A stretch of DNA of 64,000 nucleotides from an uncultured Acidobacteriota bacterium (GCA_963724555.1 CAVRVE010000014.1:2308-66307); one strand, 5' to 3'. Shown: positions 38,493 to 50,897, counted from the stretch's first letter. A program made the numbers and translations. The notes: generated from the sequence alone by a model not told the origin.

Positions 38493-39413
38493 TAGAAAGC
38501 GGACGGCGTACAGGAAGCCGGCGGTGACGGTCGTGGCCTGGCCGACGTTGCGGCCGCTCACGATGTAGGCCGCCGCGAGCCGGACCGCGAGGCCCTTGAC
38601 CCAGGGCAGCGCGTACTGGACGACGCCGTCGAGGCGCGAGAGGTTCATCCGGTTCGAGACGAACGGCATGTCCTGGCGCCGGATGTCGCCGCCGCCGAGC
38701 GTGATCTGCTGCGAGAACGAGATCGGCACCTGCAGGGGGCCCTTGATGTAGCCGGTGCTCACGCTGTAGTCGACGACGTCGGGCATCTGCACCTCGTCGC
38801 TCATCTGCAGCTCGCCGTCGGTGTAGTACGCGGGACGGTCGAGCGTGACGTTGCCGCGCCAGGTGTAGGCGCCCGTGGCGTTCACGAAGAAGCCCGAGTG
38901 GGCCTGGAAGTAGAGCGTGGCGCGCCCCGAGACGCGGCTGCTCGCGAGCCCGATCGAGAGCGGGAGGAGGTCGGGCGTGTAGTCCGAGGAAGGCGTGCCC
39001 GCCGTCGCGACCAGGATCGTCCGCAGCGAGCCCGCGCCGGTGAACGGCGTCTCCAGCAGCTTGAACTTCACGGCGACCGAGAGGTCCTGCATTCCGCTCT
39101 GGCCCTGCAGGACTCCCTGGCTGGCGCCCGTCCAGAGGTAGGGAAGCATCGCGATCGCGGTCAGCCGATCGGTGATCCCGTAGACGCCGACCCACGCCAC
39201 GCTCTGGGTCGTGATCGTTCCGATGTTCCCGTTCGTGCGCTTCAGAGTGCCTTCCCAGTACTCGTCCCAGCTGTCGTGCGTGTAGAGGAAGCCGGTACAC
39301 AGCGTCTTCTTGGGCATGAAAAGGCCGTCCTCGATCGTCTGCGCCGCGAGCGGGGCGCAGGGCACGAGGAGCAGGAGCAGCAGGCCGGCGAGCGGTCGAT
39401 CGAAGGTGCGCAA
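38493..39413 (-). CDS. Outer-membrane beta-barrel protein (MetA-pathway/transport-barrel-like); the stop appears lost through a 1-nt change
   Basis: TTG start. Signal LAGLLLLLLVPCAPLAAQ. Alternating strands. Ends GFLYAVRF, then tttCtag; removing the C would give TTT TAG directly after the terminal Phe. As it stands, the ORF runs on into the downstream lipoprotein gene. Confidence 0.65.
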
Positions 39414-39632
39414 GGCGAGTCCTCTCTTCCCTGGGGTCTTGGGGGTCGGCGCGATCGTTGCAATGCGCTTGCCAGGGTTCCCGCCGAGCGGCTTGCGGGA
39501 CAAAGCCCGCGAAGTCAGCGCGATGTCACGGCGAGAGTCCGGCGCCGTCGCCGCAAGAGCCATAGGCTCCACGCACGTGGGCAGTATGGATTACGCGCCT
39601 GGGCTCGCGACCGGTCGGGCGAACGGAGTCGA

Positions 39633-40259
39633 TCAGAAACGCAGGATCAGTCCCGCGCGCACCTCGGCCTGCGAGATGACCTGGGTGTTGCCGTAGAAGA
39701 TCGTGCAGAAGCCGTCCGTGCAGAACGTCCGGCTGTTGCTGTCGAGGAGGGTGAAGAGGCCGCGGGCTTCGAACCGGAGGCCGACGTGGCGGCCGAGCCA
39801 GAGCTTGGCGCCGCCCGAGCACGAGCCGACGAAGCGCGTCTCGTCCGAGAGCGCCGACGGACCCGGCAAGAGCCGCGTGAGGCCGGCGGCGAGGCCCACG
39901 AAGGGCTGTAGACGGGCGTCCGGCTCGCCGAACACCACGTTGCCGCCGATCTGCCAGGTCTCGAGCGCGAGGTCGAACACCGGCACGCCCGCGAAGAGAT
40001 CCGAGGTCTGCAGCTTCGAGTTCTGCCGCGCGTACGAGAGCTCGATCTCGCCGTCGCCGACCGCGTAGCCGACGTGGATCCCGAACGCCGCCGAGTCGGC
40101 CACCTCGTAGCGTGCGGTGGCGGCAGCCGTGCCGGGGACCGTGGTGTCCACGCCGCCGCCGAACCGGAAGCCGCCGAGGGCCGTGACCTCGATCTGGGCG
40201 CGGGCGGACGCCGGCAGGGCCACGGCGACGAGGGCTGCGAGGAGCAGGGACCGCATCAC
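39633..40259 (-). CDS. Small outer-membrane beta-barrel protein (OmpW/OmpA-barrel-like)
   Basis: Signal MMRSLLLAALVAVALPASARAQ. Alternating aromatic/Gly strands. C-terminal ...VRAGLILRF. Confidence 0.8.
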   Translation of the reverse strand: MMRSLLLAALVAVALPASARAQIEVTALGGFRFGGGVDTTVPGTAAATARYEVADSAAFGIHVGYAVGDGEIELSYARQNSKLQTSDLFAGVPVFDLALETWQIGGNVVFGEPDARLQPFVGLAAGLTRLLPGPSALSDETRFVGSCSGGAKLWLGRHVGLRFEARGLFTLLDSNSRTFCTDGFCTIFYGNTQVISQAEVRAGLILRF

Positions 40260-40310
40260 GCGATTCTACGGGAGCCGCGGGGTAGAATCGCGCCCCCAAG
40301 GGGAAGAACG

Positions 40311-41344
40311 ATGGCCAAGAAGAACTCCTCGGACGCGAAGCTCTCGAAGAAGCAGCGCCGGCGCAGGATCGCCGAGCTCATCGAGCCGTTCCGGGTGACG
40401 CGCGGCAGGGGCTTCAGCCTGCGCGACTACGATCCCGACGACTCGCTCGGGACTCGCCTCGAAGGAGAGACGCCGAGGAGTACCTGCGCCAGGGCGTGCA
40501 GCAGCTCGCGCGGATGCAGGACAAGCTCTACGCGCAGGACCAGTGGGGCGTGCTGCTGATCTTCCAGGCGATGGACGCGGCCGGCAAGGACGGCGCGATC
40601 AAGCACGTGATGTCGGGCATCAACCCGCAGGGCTGCCAGGTGTACGCCTTCAAGGCGCCGACCTCGGAGGAGCTCGACCACGACTTCCTCTGGCGCACCT
40701 CCAAGTCGCTGCCCGAGCGCGGGCGGATCGGGATCTTCAACCGCTCGTACTACGAGGAGGCGCTGGTCGTGCGCGTCCACCCCGAGATCCTCGCCAAGCA
40801 GAGGCTGCCGGCGTCGCTCGTCACCAAGCGGATCTGGGACGAGCGCTTCGAGGACATCCGCGCCTTCGAGCGCTACCTCGCGCGCCAGGGCTACGTGATC
40901 GTCAAGTTCTTCCTGAACGTCTCGCGCAAGGAGCAGAAGGGGCGCTTCCTGGAGCGGCTCGAGCGGCCGGAGAAGAACTGGAAGTTCGCGCTGGCCGACG
41001 CGCACGAGCGCAAGCACTGGAAGGACTACCAGGAGGCCTACGAGGACGTGATCCGCGCGACGGCCACGAAGCACGCCCCGTGGTACGTCGTCCCGGCGGA
41101 CAAGAAGTGGTTCGCGCGGCTGGTGGTGGCCGGCGCGATCTACGACGCGCTCGCGCGGCTCGGCCTGCGCTACCCGGTCGTCGGCCCGGACAAGAAGAAG
41201 GAGCTTGCCGCCGCCCGCGCCGAGCTGCTGAACGAGGGCAAGGCGGCGAGGAAGGCGAAGAAGGCGAAGCGCGCGGCGGAGCGCGCCGCCTCAGGCGCGC
41301 GGCCCCCCGCCGAGACGTCCAAGACCGAGCGCGGCGCGGCATAG
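40311..41344 (+). CDS. ppk2: Polyphosphate kinase 2 family protein; one frame change at about 40469
   Basis: FQAMDAAGKDG (Walker-A-like), WRTSKSLPERGRIGIFNRSYYEE, PWYVVPADKKW. Lys/Ala-rich tail. Confidence 0.85.
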
Positions 41345-41357
41345 CCGCCGTCGGGCG

Positions 41358-44300
41358 ATGCGCCGATCACTTCGCGGCCTCGTCATGGCCCCGCTGCTCG
41401 CCGGCGCTGCAGACCCCCAAGCCCAGTCGCCTTCCCCCGCCCCTGCGCAATCCACCGTCTTTCGCGCCGAGGTCGACTACGTCGAGGTGGAGGCGTTCGT
41501 CACCGACGAGGCAGGCAAGGTCGTCTCCGGCCTCTCCCGCGACGACTTCCAGGTGTTCGAGGAGGGCGCGCGCCAGGAGATCGCCGTGTTCGCCGAGATC
41601 AGGATTCCCGTCGACCGCACGGAGGCGGCGCCTCCGGAGCGGGCGCGATCGACGCAGGACGTCGCGACCAACGAGGAGGGTGTTCGCGGCCGCGTCTTCG
41701 CCATCGTGCTCGACGAGCTGCACACCGACGCGCGGCGATCCGGAGAGGTGCGGAAGCTCGCCCGCGAGTTCGTCGAGCTTCACATGGCGCGCAACGACGT
41801 CGCCGCCGTCGTCTCCACGGGCGGTCGAGCCGACGCGACGCTCGGCTTCACGGGCGACCGGCCGCGGCTGCTGGAAGCGGTCGAGCGCTTCGCCGGACGC
41901 AAGACCCGGTCCGCCACGCTCGAGCGCCTGGACACGATCGAGCGGCAGAGAGACCTGCTGCGGGCCGAGCCGGACACCCGCAATGCTCCGCCCCCTCCGG
42001 AGCGGCAACTGGCCCCGCGACCCGGCCTGGAGCGGGATCCCTCGGACCTCCAGCGCGTTCACGACGCCCGCGCGGCGATGGGAACCCTGGAGCGCGCAGC
42101 GCGCAGCTTCGGCGGCCTGGACGGCCGCCGCAAGGCGATCGTCTGGTTCGGCGAGGGCATCGACTACGACACCCTCGACGTCATGGGCAAGACCGAGCGC
42201 AACGCCCCCGCGATCCTCCAGAGCATGAGGGAGGCCATCGCCACGGCCACGCGCCACGGCGTGGCCGTCTACGCCGTCGATCCTCGCGGAGGCTCGAGCG
42301 CAAGCGGGCCCGACGACGATCCAGATGACGGCCCCCGCCGAGGGGGCGGCCTTCGGCATCGACTCGCAATCGCTCGCCCGGGAGGTGCGACTCTCGCAGG
42401 ACAGCCTCCGCACGCTCGCCGAGCAGACGGGGGGGATCGCCTTCGTCGACACGAACGACTTCGGCGCGGCGTTCGAGCGCATCGTCCGCGCGAGCAGCCT
42501 CTACTACCTGCTGGGGTACTACCCGTCGGATTCCCGCCGCGACGGAGCGTACCGGCGCCTCGACGTCCGCGTCGCGCGTCGCGGCCTCCACGTCGCTCGC
42601 GCGCGAGGGCTACGTGCGGCCGGGCCCGGAGACCGAGAAGGCCGAGCGCCTCGGATCGCGACCGCCGACGGGACATCGCCCGAGCTGCGAGCGCTGCTCG
42701 ACAGCCCGTGGCCGCAGCCCGGGCTTCCGCTCGGAGTGACGGCCGCGGCGTTCAAGGGCAGCGGGCGCGACGCGGCGGTGGCGGTGACGATCCAGCTGCC
42801 GCGACGAAGCCAGCCGCTCCGGCCGGAGCGCGAGCCCGCCGCTCACGAGACGGAGGTGTCGTTCGTCGTGATCGACCCGGACGGCAGGGTGCGGGCCGGC
42901 GAGCGCATCCTCGCCCGACCGCAGGTCAGCACGCCAGCCCGGCAGTCGGGACCGCCGCTCGGGCTGCGGTTCGTTCGCAGCGTGCGCCTGCCCGCGGGGC
43001 GATATCAGCTTCGCGTGGCCGCTCGCGAGGGGGACGGCGGGCAGCTCGGCTCGGTCTCCTACGACTTCGAGGTGCCCGACTACGGGGACCAGAAGCTGGC
43101 GCTCAGCAGCGTGCTGATCACGTCGCGCCAGTCCGCGCTCGCGCTCACGCCCGCCATCGACGAGGAGATGAAGGCGAGGCTAACGACGCCGCCCACCGCG
43201 ACGCGCCGCTTCGCGCCGGGGGACGTCGTGACCGCGTATGCCGAGGTCTACGACGCGCTCGAGCGGGAGCACGAGGTGGGGGTGACCACGCGGGTGGCGA
43301 CGCTCGACGGCCACGAGGTCTTTCGGGACACTCGCTTGCGAGCGTCGGGCAAGCTCGAGAGCGCGGGCGCCGGATTCCGGCACGAGGTCGAGATCCCGCT
43401 CGCCGGCATGCAGCCGGGCCGGTACCTGCTTCAGATCGCGGCGACTCCCACGCTCGGTGAGCCCACGGCGTCGCGCGACGTCCCTTTCGAGATCGTTCCG
43501 TCGTCCGAGCCCGGCGCCGGCGATGCGCTGCCCGCGCCGGCTCCGAGCCCAGCGCGACAGGCGGAGGGTCTTCCTCCCAGCTCACGGATCGACCGCCTGG
43601 AGGCCTGGCTCGCGGCCGTGGAGCGGCACGAGCCCGGCACGGCCGACGCGCCGGCTCTCCTGGTGCGGTCCTGGACACCCGCGGAGCTCGTGGATCTGGC
43701 GGCGGACATCGCGGTGATCGCCGCGCTCATCCGCGATCCGCGGTATTCCGTGATGTGGCTGGTCGATCCCGAGCGTCCCGGCCGACCGCAGCGAGCGCCC
43801 TACGGCCCCGCCGACGAGCTGCGGATTCGGGCGCTCGCGAAGGAGGCCGCGGAGAGGTGCGACCGCCCGCGCCTCGCGGAGGGCGCGTCGAGCCGGACAG
43901 CCGAGGCTCGGACGCGCCTGCGCCCAAAACCGCCTCCTCAAACGGGGCGCGGTGCTCCACACGGACGCGCTCGTTCGCGCGGGCGAGGAGCACGGCGGCG
44001 CGTCACGGAGGCGACGTCCCGCAGCGGTTCAGGATCCGCTTCGACGACGGGCAGCAGCGCGGGGCGGAGGAGGCGTCGGGGCAGCTGGAGCTCGCACAGG
44101 CGCTGCTCGACAAAGTCACGCCGGCTCCCGAGCGGGACGAGACGGTCCGTCTCTGGTACACCGCCGTCGCCGCGTACGGGCAGCACTACCAGCGGCACAC
44201 GCGCGAAGAGGATCGAGGCGTCCAGCTCTTCCCGGAGGACGCGGACCTGCTGCTGTTCGCGGGGACCTTCCACGAGGCGCTCGCGTCACCCAGGATGCAG

Positions 44301-44865
44301 AGCCTCGCGCGGTCGATCCGCGTGCCCGAAGGCGCCTCGCACGGGATCGCCGATGCGCGCTCCGAGCTGCGCGAGGCCGAGAAGCTGCTCCGGCGCGCGG
44401 TCGCGTCACGCCCTTCGTTCGACGAGGCACGCATCCGGCTGGGCCGCGTCCTCTACCGCCTGGGCCGCACCGAGCAGGCCGCGCGCGAGCTGACGCAGGC
44501 GCGCTCGCGCCTGTCGTCCGGGAGCCGAAAGGGAGACGGCGACGGCGGTCTCCTGCTCTATTACGCGGAGATGTTCCTCGGCGCGGCCTCCGAAGCGCTG
44601 GGGAGCTTCGACTCGGCGAAGGCCTCGTACGCGCGAGCGGCGGCGCTCTATCCCCAGGCGCCGTCGCCGCGGCTCGCCCTGAGCCAGCTCGCGATCCGCG
44701 GCCAGGATCGGACGGGCGCCCTCGCGGCCGTGCAGGTCGCGCTGCGGCCCTCCGCGGGCGCGGAGGACGCCGCCGACCCCTGGTGGCGCTATCACGTGGT
44801 CCAGGGGCGGGGCTTCGACGCCTGGTTCGAGCAAGCTCTACCGGTCTGCGGCGGCCGAGCGATGA
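41358..44865 (+). pseudogene. Secreted VWA (TIGR03436-like) protein with Ig-like middle part and helical/TPR-like C-terminal region; at least 5 frame changes; may be two genes
   Basis: FRAEVDYVEVEAFVTDEAGKVVSGLSRDDFQVFEEG, VFAIVLDELH, YAVDPRG, LAEQTGGIAFVDTNDF, YYLLGYYPS. Later helical repeats (ARIRLGRVLYRLGRTEQAARELTQA, YYAEMFLGAASEALGSFDSAKASYARAAALYP). The inferred stop TGA overlaps the next ATG (ATGA at 44862). Confidence 0.55.
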
Positions 44866-45737
44866 ACCGGCTCGTCGTCCTGGCGGTCGTCGTCGCGGGC
44901 ACGGTGGCCGCTGCGGCTCCGCAGACCCCCACGTTCTCCACCGCCGTCCAGGCGGTGCGCGTGGACGTTCTCGTGACCGAAGGCGAGCGCCCGATGCTGG
45001 GCCTCACGCCCGCCGACTTCGAGGTCCGCGACAACGGCGTCCTCCAGGACGTGTCGTTCGTGAGCACGGAGAAGCTCCCGCTGAACGTCATCCTCGCCCT
45101 CGACACGAGCGCGAGCGTGTCCGGCGAGCCCCTCCAGCACCTCCAGAGCGCCGGCCGCACGCTGCTCGATCGCCTGGAGCCCGAGGACCGCGCGGCGCTC
45201 GTCACGTTCTCCCACGAGGTCACCCTCCGGCAGGCCCTCACGCGCGAGGCCGATCGCGTCGGCCGCGAGCTCGCCCGCATCGAGCCGCGGGGCGAGACGG
45301 CGGTGATCGACGCCAGCTACGCGGCGGTGATGCTGGCAGACACGGACGTCGGCCGCGATCTCGTGATCGTGTTCAGCGACGGCGTCGACACCGCGAGCTG
45401 GCTGCCCGGCGACCGAGTGCTCGACGCGGCGCGGCGCTCGGACGTCGTGGTCTACGGGGTGTCGGTGCGCGGCACGGAGCGGCCGGATTTCCTGCGCGAG
45501 CTGAGCCGCGTCACCGGAGGGTCACTGCTCGAGGTGGATTCGACGCGCGATCTCGGCCCGGCATTCGTCCGCCTCTTCCAGGAGTTCCGGCAGCGCTACC
45601 TCCTGAACTACGTGCCCCGCGGCGTCTCCTCGGAAGGGTGGCACGAGCTCAGGGTCACGGTGAAGCGCCGCCGCGCGGTTGTGAGCGCGCGCGCCGGCTA
45701 CGCGGCGTCCGCGACAGCCGGCGCCGCTACGCGCTGA
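44862..45737 (+). CDS. Secreted VWA domain protein (TIGR03436-like), intact
   Basis: Signal MNRLVVLAVVVAGTVAAAAPQ. FSTAVQAVRVDVLVTEGERPMLGLTPADFEVRDNG. MIDAS-like LALDTSASVSG. VIVFSDGVDT. Confidence 0.8.
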   Translation: MNRLVVLAVVVAGTVAAAAPQTPTFSTAVQAVRVDVLVTEGERPMLGLTPADFEVRDNGVLQDVSFVSTEKLPLNVILALDTSASVSGEPLQHLQSAGRTLLDRLEPEDRAALVTFSHEVTLRQALTREADRVGRELARIEPRGETAVIDASYAAVMLADTDVGRDLVIVFSDGVDTASWLPGDRVLDAARRSDVVVYGVSVRGTERPDFLRELSRVTGGSLLEVDSTRDLGPAFVRLFQEFRQRYLLNYVPRGVSSEGWHELRVTVKRRRAVVSARAGYAASATAGAATR

Positions 45738-45770
45738 CGCTTTTCGTCTCGACCGCCAGAGCGCGCGAGG

Positions 45771-46664
45771 CTACGCGGCCGCTTCGGCCGCCGTCACCGG
45801 CTCCGCGCTCTCGCGCTTGATCCGGAAGCGCTCGGCGTTCTTGGGGAGCAGGTGGATGTCCTTCACCAGGCCGACTGCCGCGAGGCTGCGGATCACGAGC
45901 CAGGTCGTGTCGAGCTCCCAACCGAAGCCGTGGCGCGCGGAGCGCTGGAAGGCGTGGTGCGTGTTGTGCCAGCCCTCGCCCCAGGCGATCAGGCCCACCC
46001 ACCAGAGGTTGCGCGAGTCTTCCTTCGTCTGCCAGGTGCGGTAGCCCCAGGTGTGGGCCGCGGAGTTCACGAACCAGGTCCCGTGCAGCGTGAGCACGAG
46101 GCGCACGGACATGCCCCAGACCACCAGCGGGAAGCCGCCCCACGCGTAGAAGGCGAGGCCGAGCAGGATGTTCGGCACGACGTGGGCGCGGTTGAGCACG
46201 CGGTGGATCGGGTCGGCGACCATCTCGGGCGCCCAGCGCCGCTCCATCTCGCGGTAGTCGCAGCCCATCTTGGTGAAGATCCAGCCGATGTGGCTCCAGA
46301 CGAAGCCGTCCTTCGGCGTGTGCGGGTCGTCGCCGGGCACGTCGGAGCTGGCGTGGTGCATCCGGTGCATCGCCACCCACGAGATCGCGCCGCCCTCGCT
46401 CGCGAGCAGGCCCGCCACGGTGCCCAGGTACTCGAGCGGCTTCCAGAGCGCGAAGCCGCGGTGCGTGAGCAGGCGGTGGAACGTCATGCAGATGCCGATC
46501 GACCCGGCCAGCCACCAGAGCCCGAGCGCGAGCCAGAGGCCCGTCCAGGTGAACGTCCAGGGCGCGAAGAGCACGCCCAGGTGGATCGCGCTGAACCAGC
46601 CGACGTTGACCCAGTCGATGCGCTTGTCGTTCCAACGAATGTGGTCGGTCCAGGTGAGACCCAC
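45771..46664 (-). CDS. Acyl-CoA / membrane fatty-acid desaturase (delta-9-like)
   Basis: Three histidine boxes: HRLLTH, HRMHH, HNTHH. Four hydrophobic helices. Confidence 0.9.
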   Translation of the reverse strand: MGLTWTDHIRWNDKRIDWVNVGWFSAIHLGVLFAPWTFTWTGLWLALGLWWLAGSIGICMTFHRLLTHRGFALWKPLEYLGTVAGLLASEGGAISWVAMHRMHHASSDVPGDDPHTPKDGFVWSHIGWIFTKMGCDYREMERRWAPEMVADPIHRVLNRAHVVPNILLGLAFYAWGGFPLVVWGMSVRLVLTLHGTWFVNSAAHTWGYRTWQTKEDSRNLWWVGLIAWGEGWHNTHHAFQRSARHGFGWELDTTWLVIRSLAAVGLVKDIHLLPKNAERFRIKRESAEPVTAAEAAA

Positions 46665-46797
46665 GCTTTGCCTCCGATCGGCCCGCAGGCCGCAGCGGAG
46701 TCAGGCTAGCAAAGCGTGCGAGGGGGGATTGTCAGAGTTGCGTCAGAGTCGCCGCGATGGGCGCCAGGACGTAACCCCTTGACGGGAAACGAGAAGC

Positions 46798-47124
46798 TCA
46801 GGCGACGAGGCGAGGAGCGGGGCTGAACGCCTTGAGCGCCAGCCACACGAGCGCCCCCAGCAGGAGGAGCGGCGCGAGCGGCAGCAGCACCACCACGAAG
46901 AACAGCACCAGGAGCACGCCGAGCAGGCCGACACCCCCGGCGACGAGCCCGAAGAGCCCGCCCAGGAGGCCGAAGACCAGGCCGAAGACGCCCTTCAGGA
47001 CGCCGGCGAGAATCTTGAACGGCAGCAGCACCAGGGTCAGCAGGACCTTGAGCGCCACCAGCGCCAGCACGAAGGGCACGGCCAGAAGGGCCAGGAGCCC
47101 GAAGAGGCCAGCCAGCAGTCCCAT
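46798..47124 (-). CDS. Very hydrophobic small membrane protein (108 aa), no family recognised
   Basis: MGLLAGLFGLLALLAVPFVLALVALKVLL...GLFGLVAGGVGLLGVLLVLFFVVVLLPLAPLLLLGALVWLALKAF. GC-rich third codon positions. Weak AAGGA upstream. Confidence 0.5.
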   Translation of the reverse strand: MGLLAGLFGLLALLAVPFVLALVALKVLLTLVLLPFKILAGVLKGVFGLVFGLLGGLFGLVAGGVGLLGVLLVLFFVVVLLPLAPLLLLGALVWLALKAFSPAPRLVA

Positions 47125-47180
47125 GGCTCAACCGTCCTTTCACACCTTCTTACGCAGGACGGCCGAGCCAGGTTCCGGGC

Positions 47181-47237
47181 GGGGTCAGGTCTTGAATCGT
47201 GCCTTGTCGGGCAGAGCACGATTCAAGACCTGACCCC
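47181..47237. repeat. Perfect inverted repeat (22-bp arms, 13-nt loop)
   Basis: GGGGTCAGGTCTTGAATCGTGC (47181-47202), loop cttgtcgggcaga, then GCACGATTCAAGACCTGACCCC (47216-47237). The right arm encodes the last codons and stop of gene 47223..48140. Confidence 0.9.
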
Positions 47238-48140
47238 TTTCGGCTGGAGGACGTGGCGCAGCGCCCCCTCGAGCTCGGGAAATCGGAACCGGTAGCCGGT
47301 CGCCAGCAGCCGCTCCGGCCTCATGCGCGTGCTCGCGAGCAGCGCATCCGCCACCTCGCCGAAGGCGATCCGGAGCGCAAAGGCCGGCACCGGCACGATC
47401 GTCGGGCGGCCCAGCACGCGGCCGAGCGTCTTCGTCAGCTCGGCGTTCGTCACGGGCTCCGGCGAAGACACGTTCACCGGCCCCACGAGGTCGCTGCGCG
47501 CGAGCAGGTGCTGGATCACGCCCACGACGTCGTCGAGCGCGATCCAGCTGAAGTACTGCCGGCCCGAGCCGACGACGCCGCCCACCCCGAGCCGAAACGG
47601 CCGCAGCATCTTCCCGAGCGCACCTCCCGTGGGGCTCAGCACGATGCCGGTGCGCGGGTGGACCACCCGGATGCCGGCGTGTGCCGCGTGCGCGGCCGCC
47701 GCCTCCCACTCCACCGACAGCTGGCCGAAGAAATCCGCAGCCGGCGGATCCGTCTCGCCGACCCAGGCGTCGCCGCGGTCGCCGTAGTAGCCGAGGGCCG
47801 AGGCCGAGACGAGCACCGAGGGCTTGCGCGTGAGGCCCGCGAGCGTCTCGGAGAGAAACCGCGTCGAGCCGACGCGGCTCGACCGCAGCCTCGCCTTCTT
47901 CGCGTCGGTCCAGCGTCCGGCGGCGATGTTCTCGCCCGACAGGTGGACCACGGCGTCGAGGCCTTCGAGCCTCGCCGCGTCGATCTGCTTCGTGAGCGGG
48001 TCCCAGCGCACCTCGTCGCCGGCGCTGGGGCTACGCCGCACCAGCCGCAGCACCTCGTGGCCACCGGCGCGCAGCGACGGCAGGAGCGCGCCGCCGATGA
48101 GCCCGCTCGCACCCGTCACCGCGATCCTCATCGGAGACAT
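47223..48140 (-). CDS. TIGR01777-type NAD-dependent epimerase/dehydratase family protein (YfcH-like; alternative start 48131)
   Basis: [15 protein letters not shown] Rossmann motif. C-terminal DUF1731-like [24 protein letters not shown]. Confidence 0.85.
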   Translation of the reverse strand: MSPMRIAVTGASGLIGGALLPSLRAGGHEVLRLVRRSPSAGDEVRWDPLTKQIDAARLEGLDAVVHLSGENIAAGRWTDAKKARLRSSRVGSTRFLSETLAGLTRKPSVLVSASALGYYGDRGDAWVGETDPPAADFFGQLSVEWEAAAAHAAHAGIRVVHPRTGIVLSPTGGALGKMLRPFRLGVGGVVGSGRQYFSWIALDDVVGVIQHLLARSDLVGPVNVSSPEPVTNAELTKTLGRVLGRPTIVPVPAFALRIAFGEVADALLASTRMRPERLLATGYRFRFPELEGALRHVLQPKGVRS

Positions 48141-48233
48141 CTCGTTCCGAGTCTAGCTCCCGCTCGTCCGCCGTGTCAGAATGAAAGGTCCGTCGCTCGA
48201 GGCGGACCCCCCACAAGGAGAGAGCCGACCCGC

Positions 48234-49892
<1,659 letters not shown>

Positions 49893-49911
49893 AGGCCTCC
49901 GAGCGGGGCTC

Positions 49912-50736
49912 TCAAGCTTCCTTTCGGAACACCAGCAGGTTGCCGAAGGCCGGCCCCGCGAGCGCGGGCCAGCGGAACCAGAGCGAGTTGAGCGCGTGGA
50001 CCGCGCTCCGCGCGGGCTTCCACGGCAACACCGTGAAAAGCTCCGAGAACTGCCCGGCTCGCCGGCTCACCAGCCTCGCGCCGTGGTCTGCGAAGCTGCG
50101 CACGATCCCGGCGATGCGAGCCTGTCGCGTCATGAGCTTTCCGGTCGGCGTCTCCTCCCAGGCCTCCACGCCGGCCGCGGTGTAGCGCAGCTCGCCGCGC
50201 TCGCGGTGGAGCAGCCGTTTGAGAAGGCGCATGGCGACCGCCTGGAGAGAGCGCATGTTGCCTTCGCTGACGACGATCAGGCCGTTTGGCTGTGCGACAC
50301 GTGCCAGCTCGGCGATCGCCCTGTCGACGTCAGGAATGTGCATCAGGACGCCCCAGCAGAGCACCCTGCCGAAGCAGCCGTCCGCCAGCGTCATCGACGT
50401 CAGGTCCTCGCAGCGAAGCGAGATTCGATCGCCCAGTCCCGCCTCGGCGGCTTCCCGCCGACCCACCTCGAGCACCTTGTCCGAGAGATCGACCCCCAAC
50501 ACCGAGTAGCCCCGGCGTGCCAGATGGATGGCCTTCGTGCAGGACCCGCAACCCGCGTCGAGCACCGCGTCCTCGCCCGGTGGTCCGAAAGTCCGCGCGA
50601 TGTGGTCGAACGCCAGGTCGTAGAACGACTCGTTCTCGGGAGTTCTATAGCCGCTGCTCCAGCTGTCGTGAACTCCGAGGTCGCGCAGCGTCGCCCGCAC
50701 ATCGCGAACTCGAGCGCTGCTCGACAGCTGCCTCAT
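49912..50736 (-). CDS. Class I SAM-dependent methyltransferase
   Basis: Motif I VLDAGCGSCTKA, then VLGVDLS. The region upstream, 50737-50897, is noticeably less GC-rich (intergenic). Confidence 0.8.
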   Translation of the reverse strand: MRQLSSSARVRDVRATLRDLGVHDSWSSGYRTPENESFYDLAFDHIARTFGPPGEDAVLDAGCGSCTKAIHLARRGYSVLGVDLSDKVLEVGRREAAEAGLGDRISLRCEDLTSMTLADGCFGRVLCWGVLMHIPDVDRAIAELARVAQPNGLIVVSEGNMRSLQAVAMRLLKRLLHRERGELRYTAAGVEAWEETPTGKLMTRQARIAGIVRSFADHGARLVSRRAGQFSELFTVLPWKPARSAVHALNSLWFRWPALAGPAFGNLLVFRKEA

Positions 50737-50897
50737 CTGAACATCCCTTTCGATCGGGGGGCCTTCTAGTCCCGATGAATCGAGCAATTGCCGGACCACC
50801 GCGACAACTGCTTGAGCGACGGGATCTTGTAATTCTGACTTTCGCGCGCACGTGTCGCGCACCTGTAAGGTCCCGCGACGCTCGCGGTAGGAATTTC

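Noticed and set aside
47181-47237. Rho-independent terminator interpretation of the palindrome
   Set aside because: No U/T tract follows the stem on either strand, and a 22-bp perfect stem is far longer than typical terminators. It is kept as a repeat or regulatory candidate instead.
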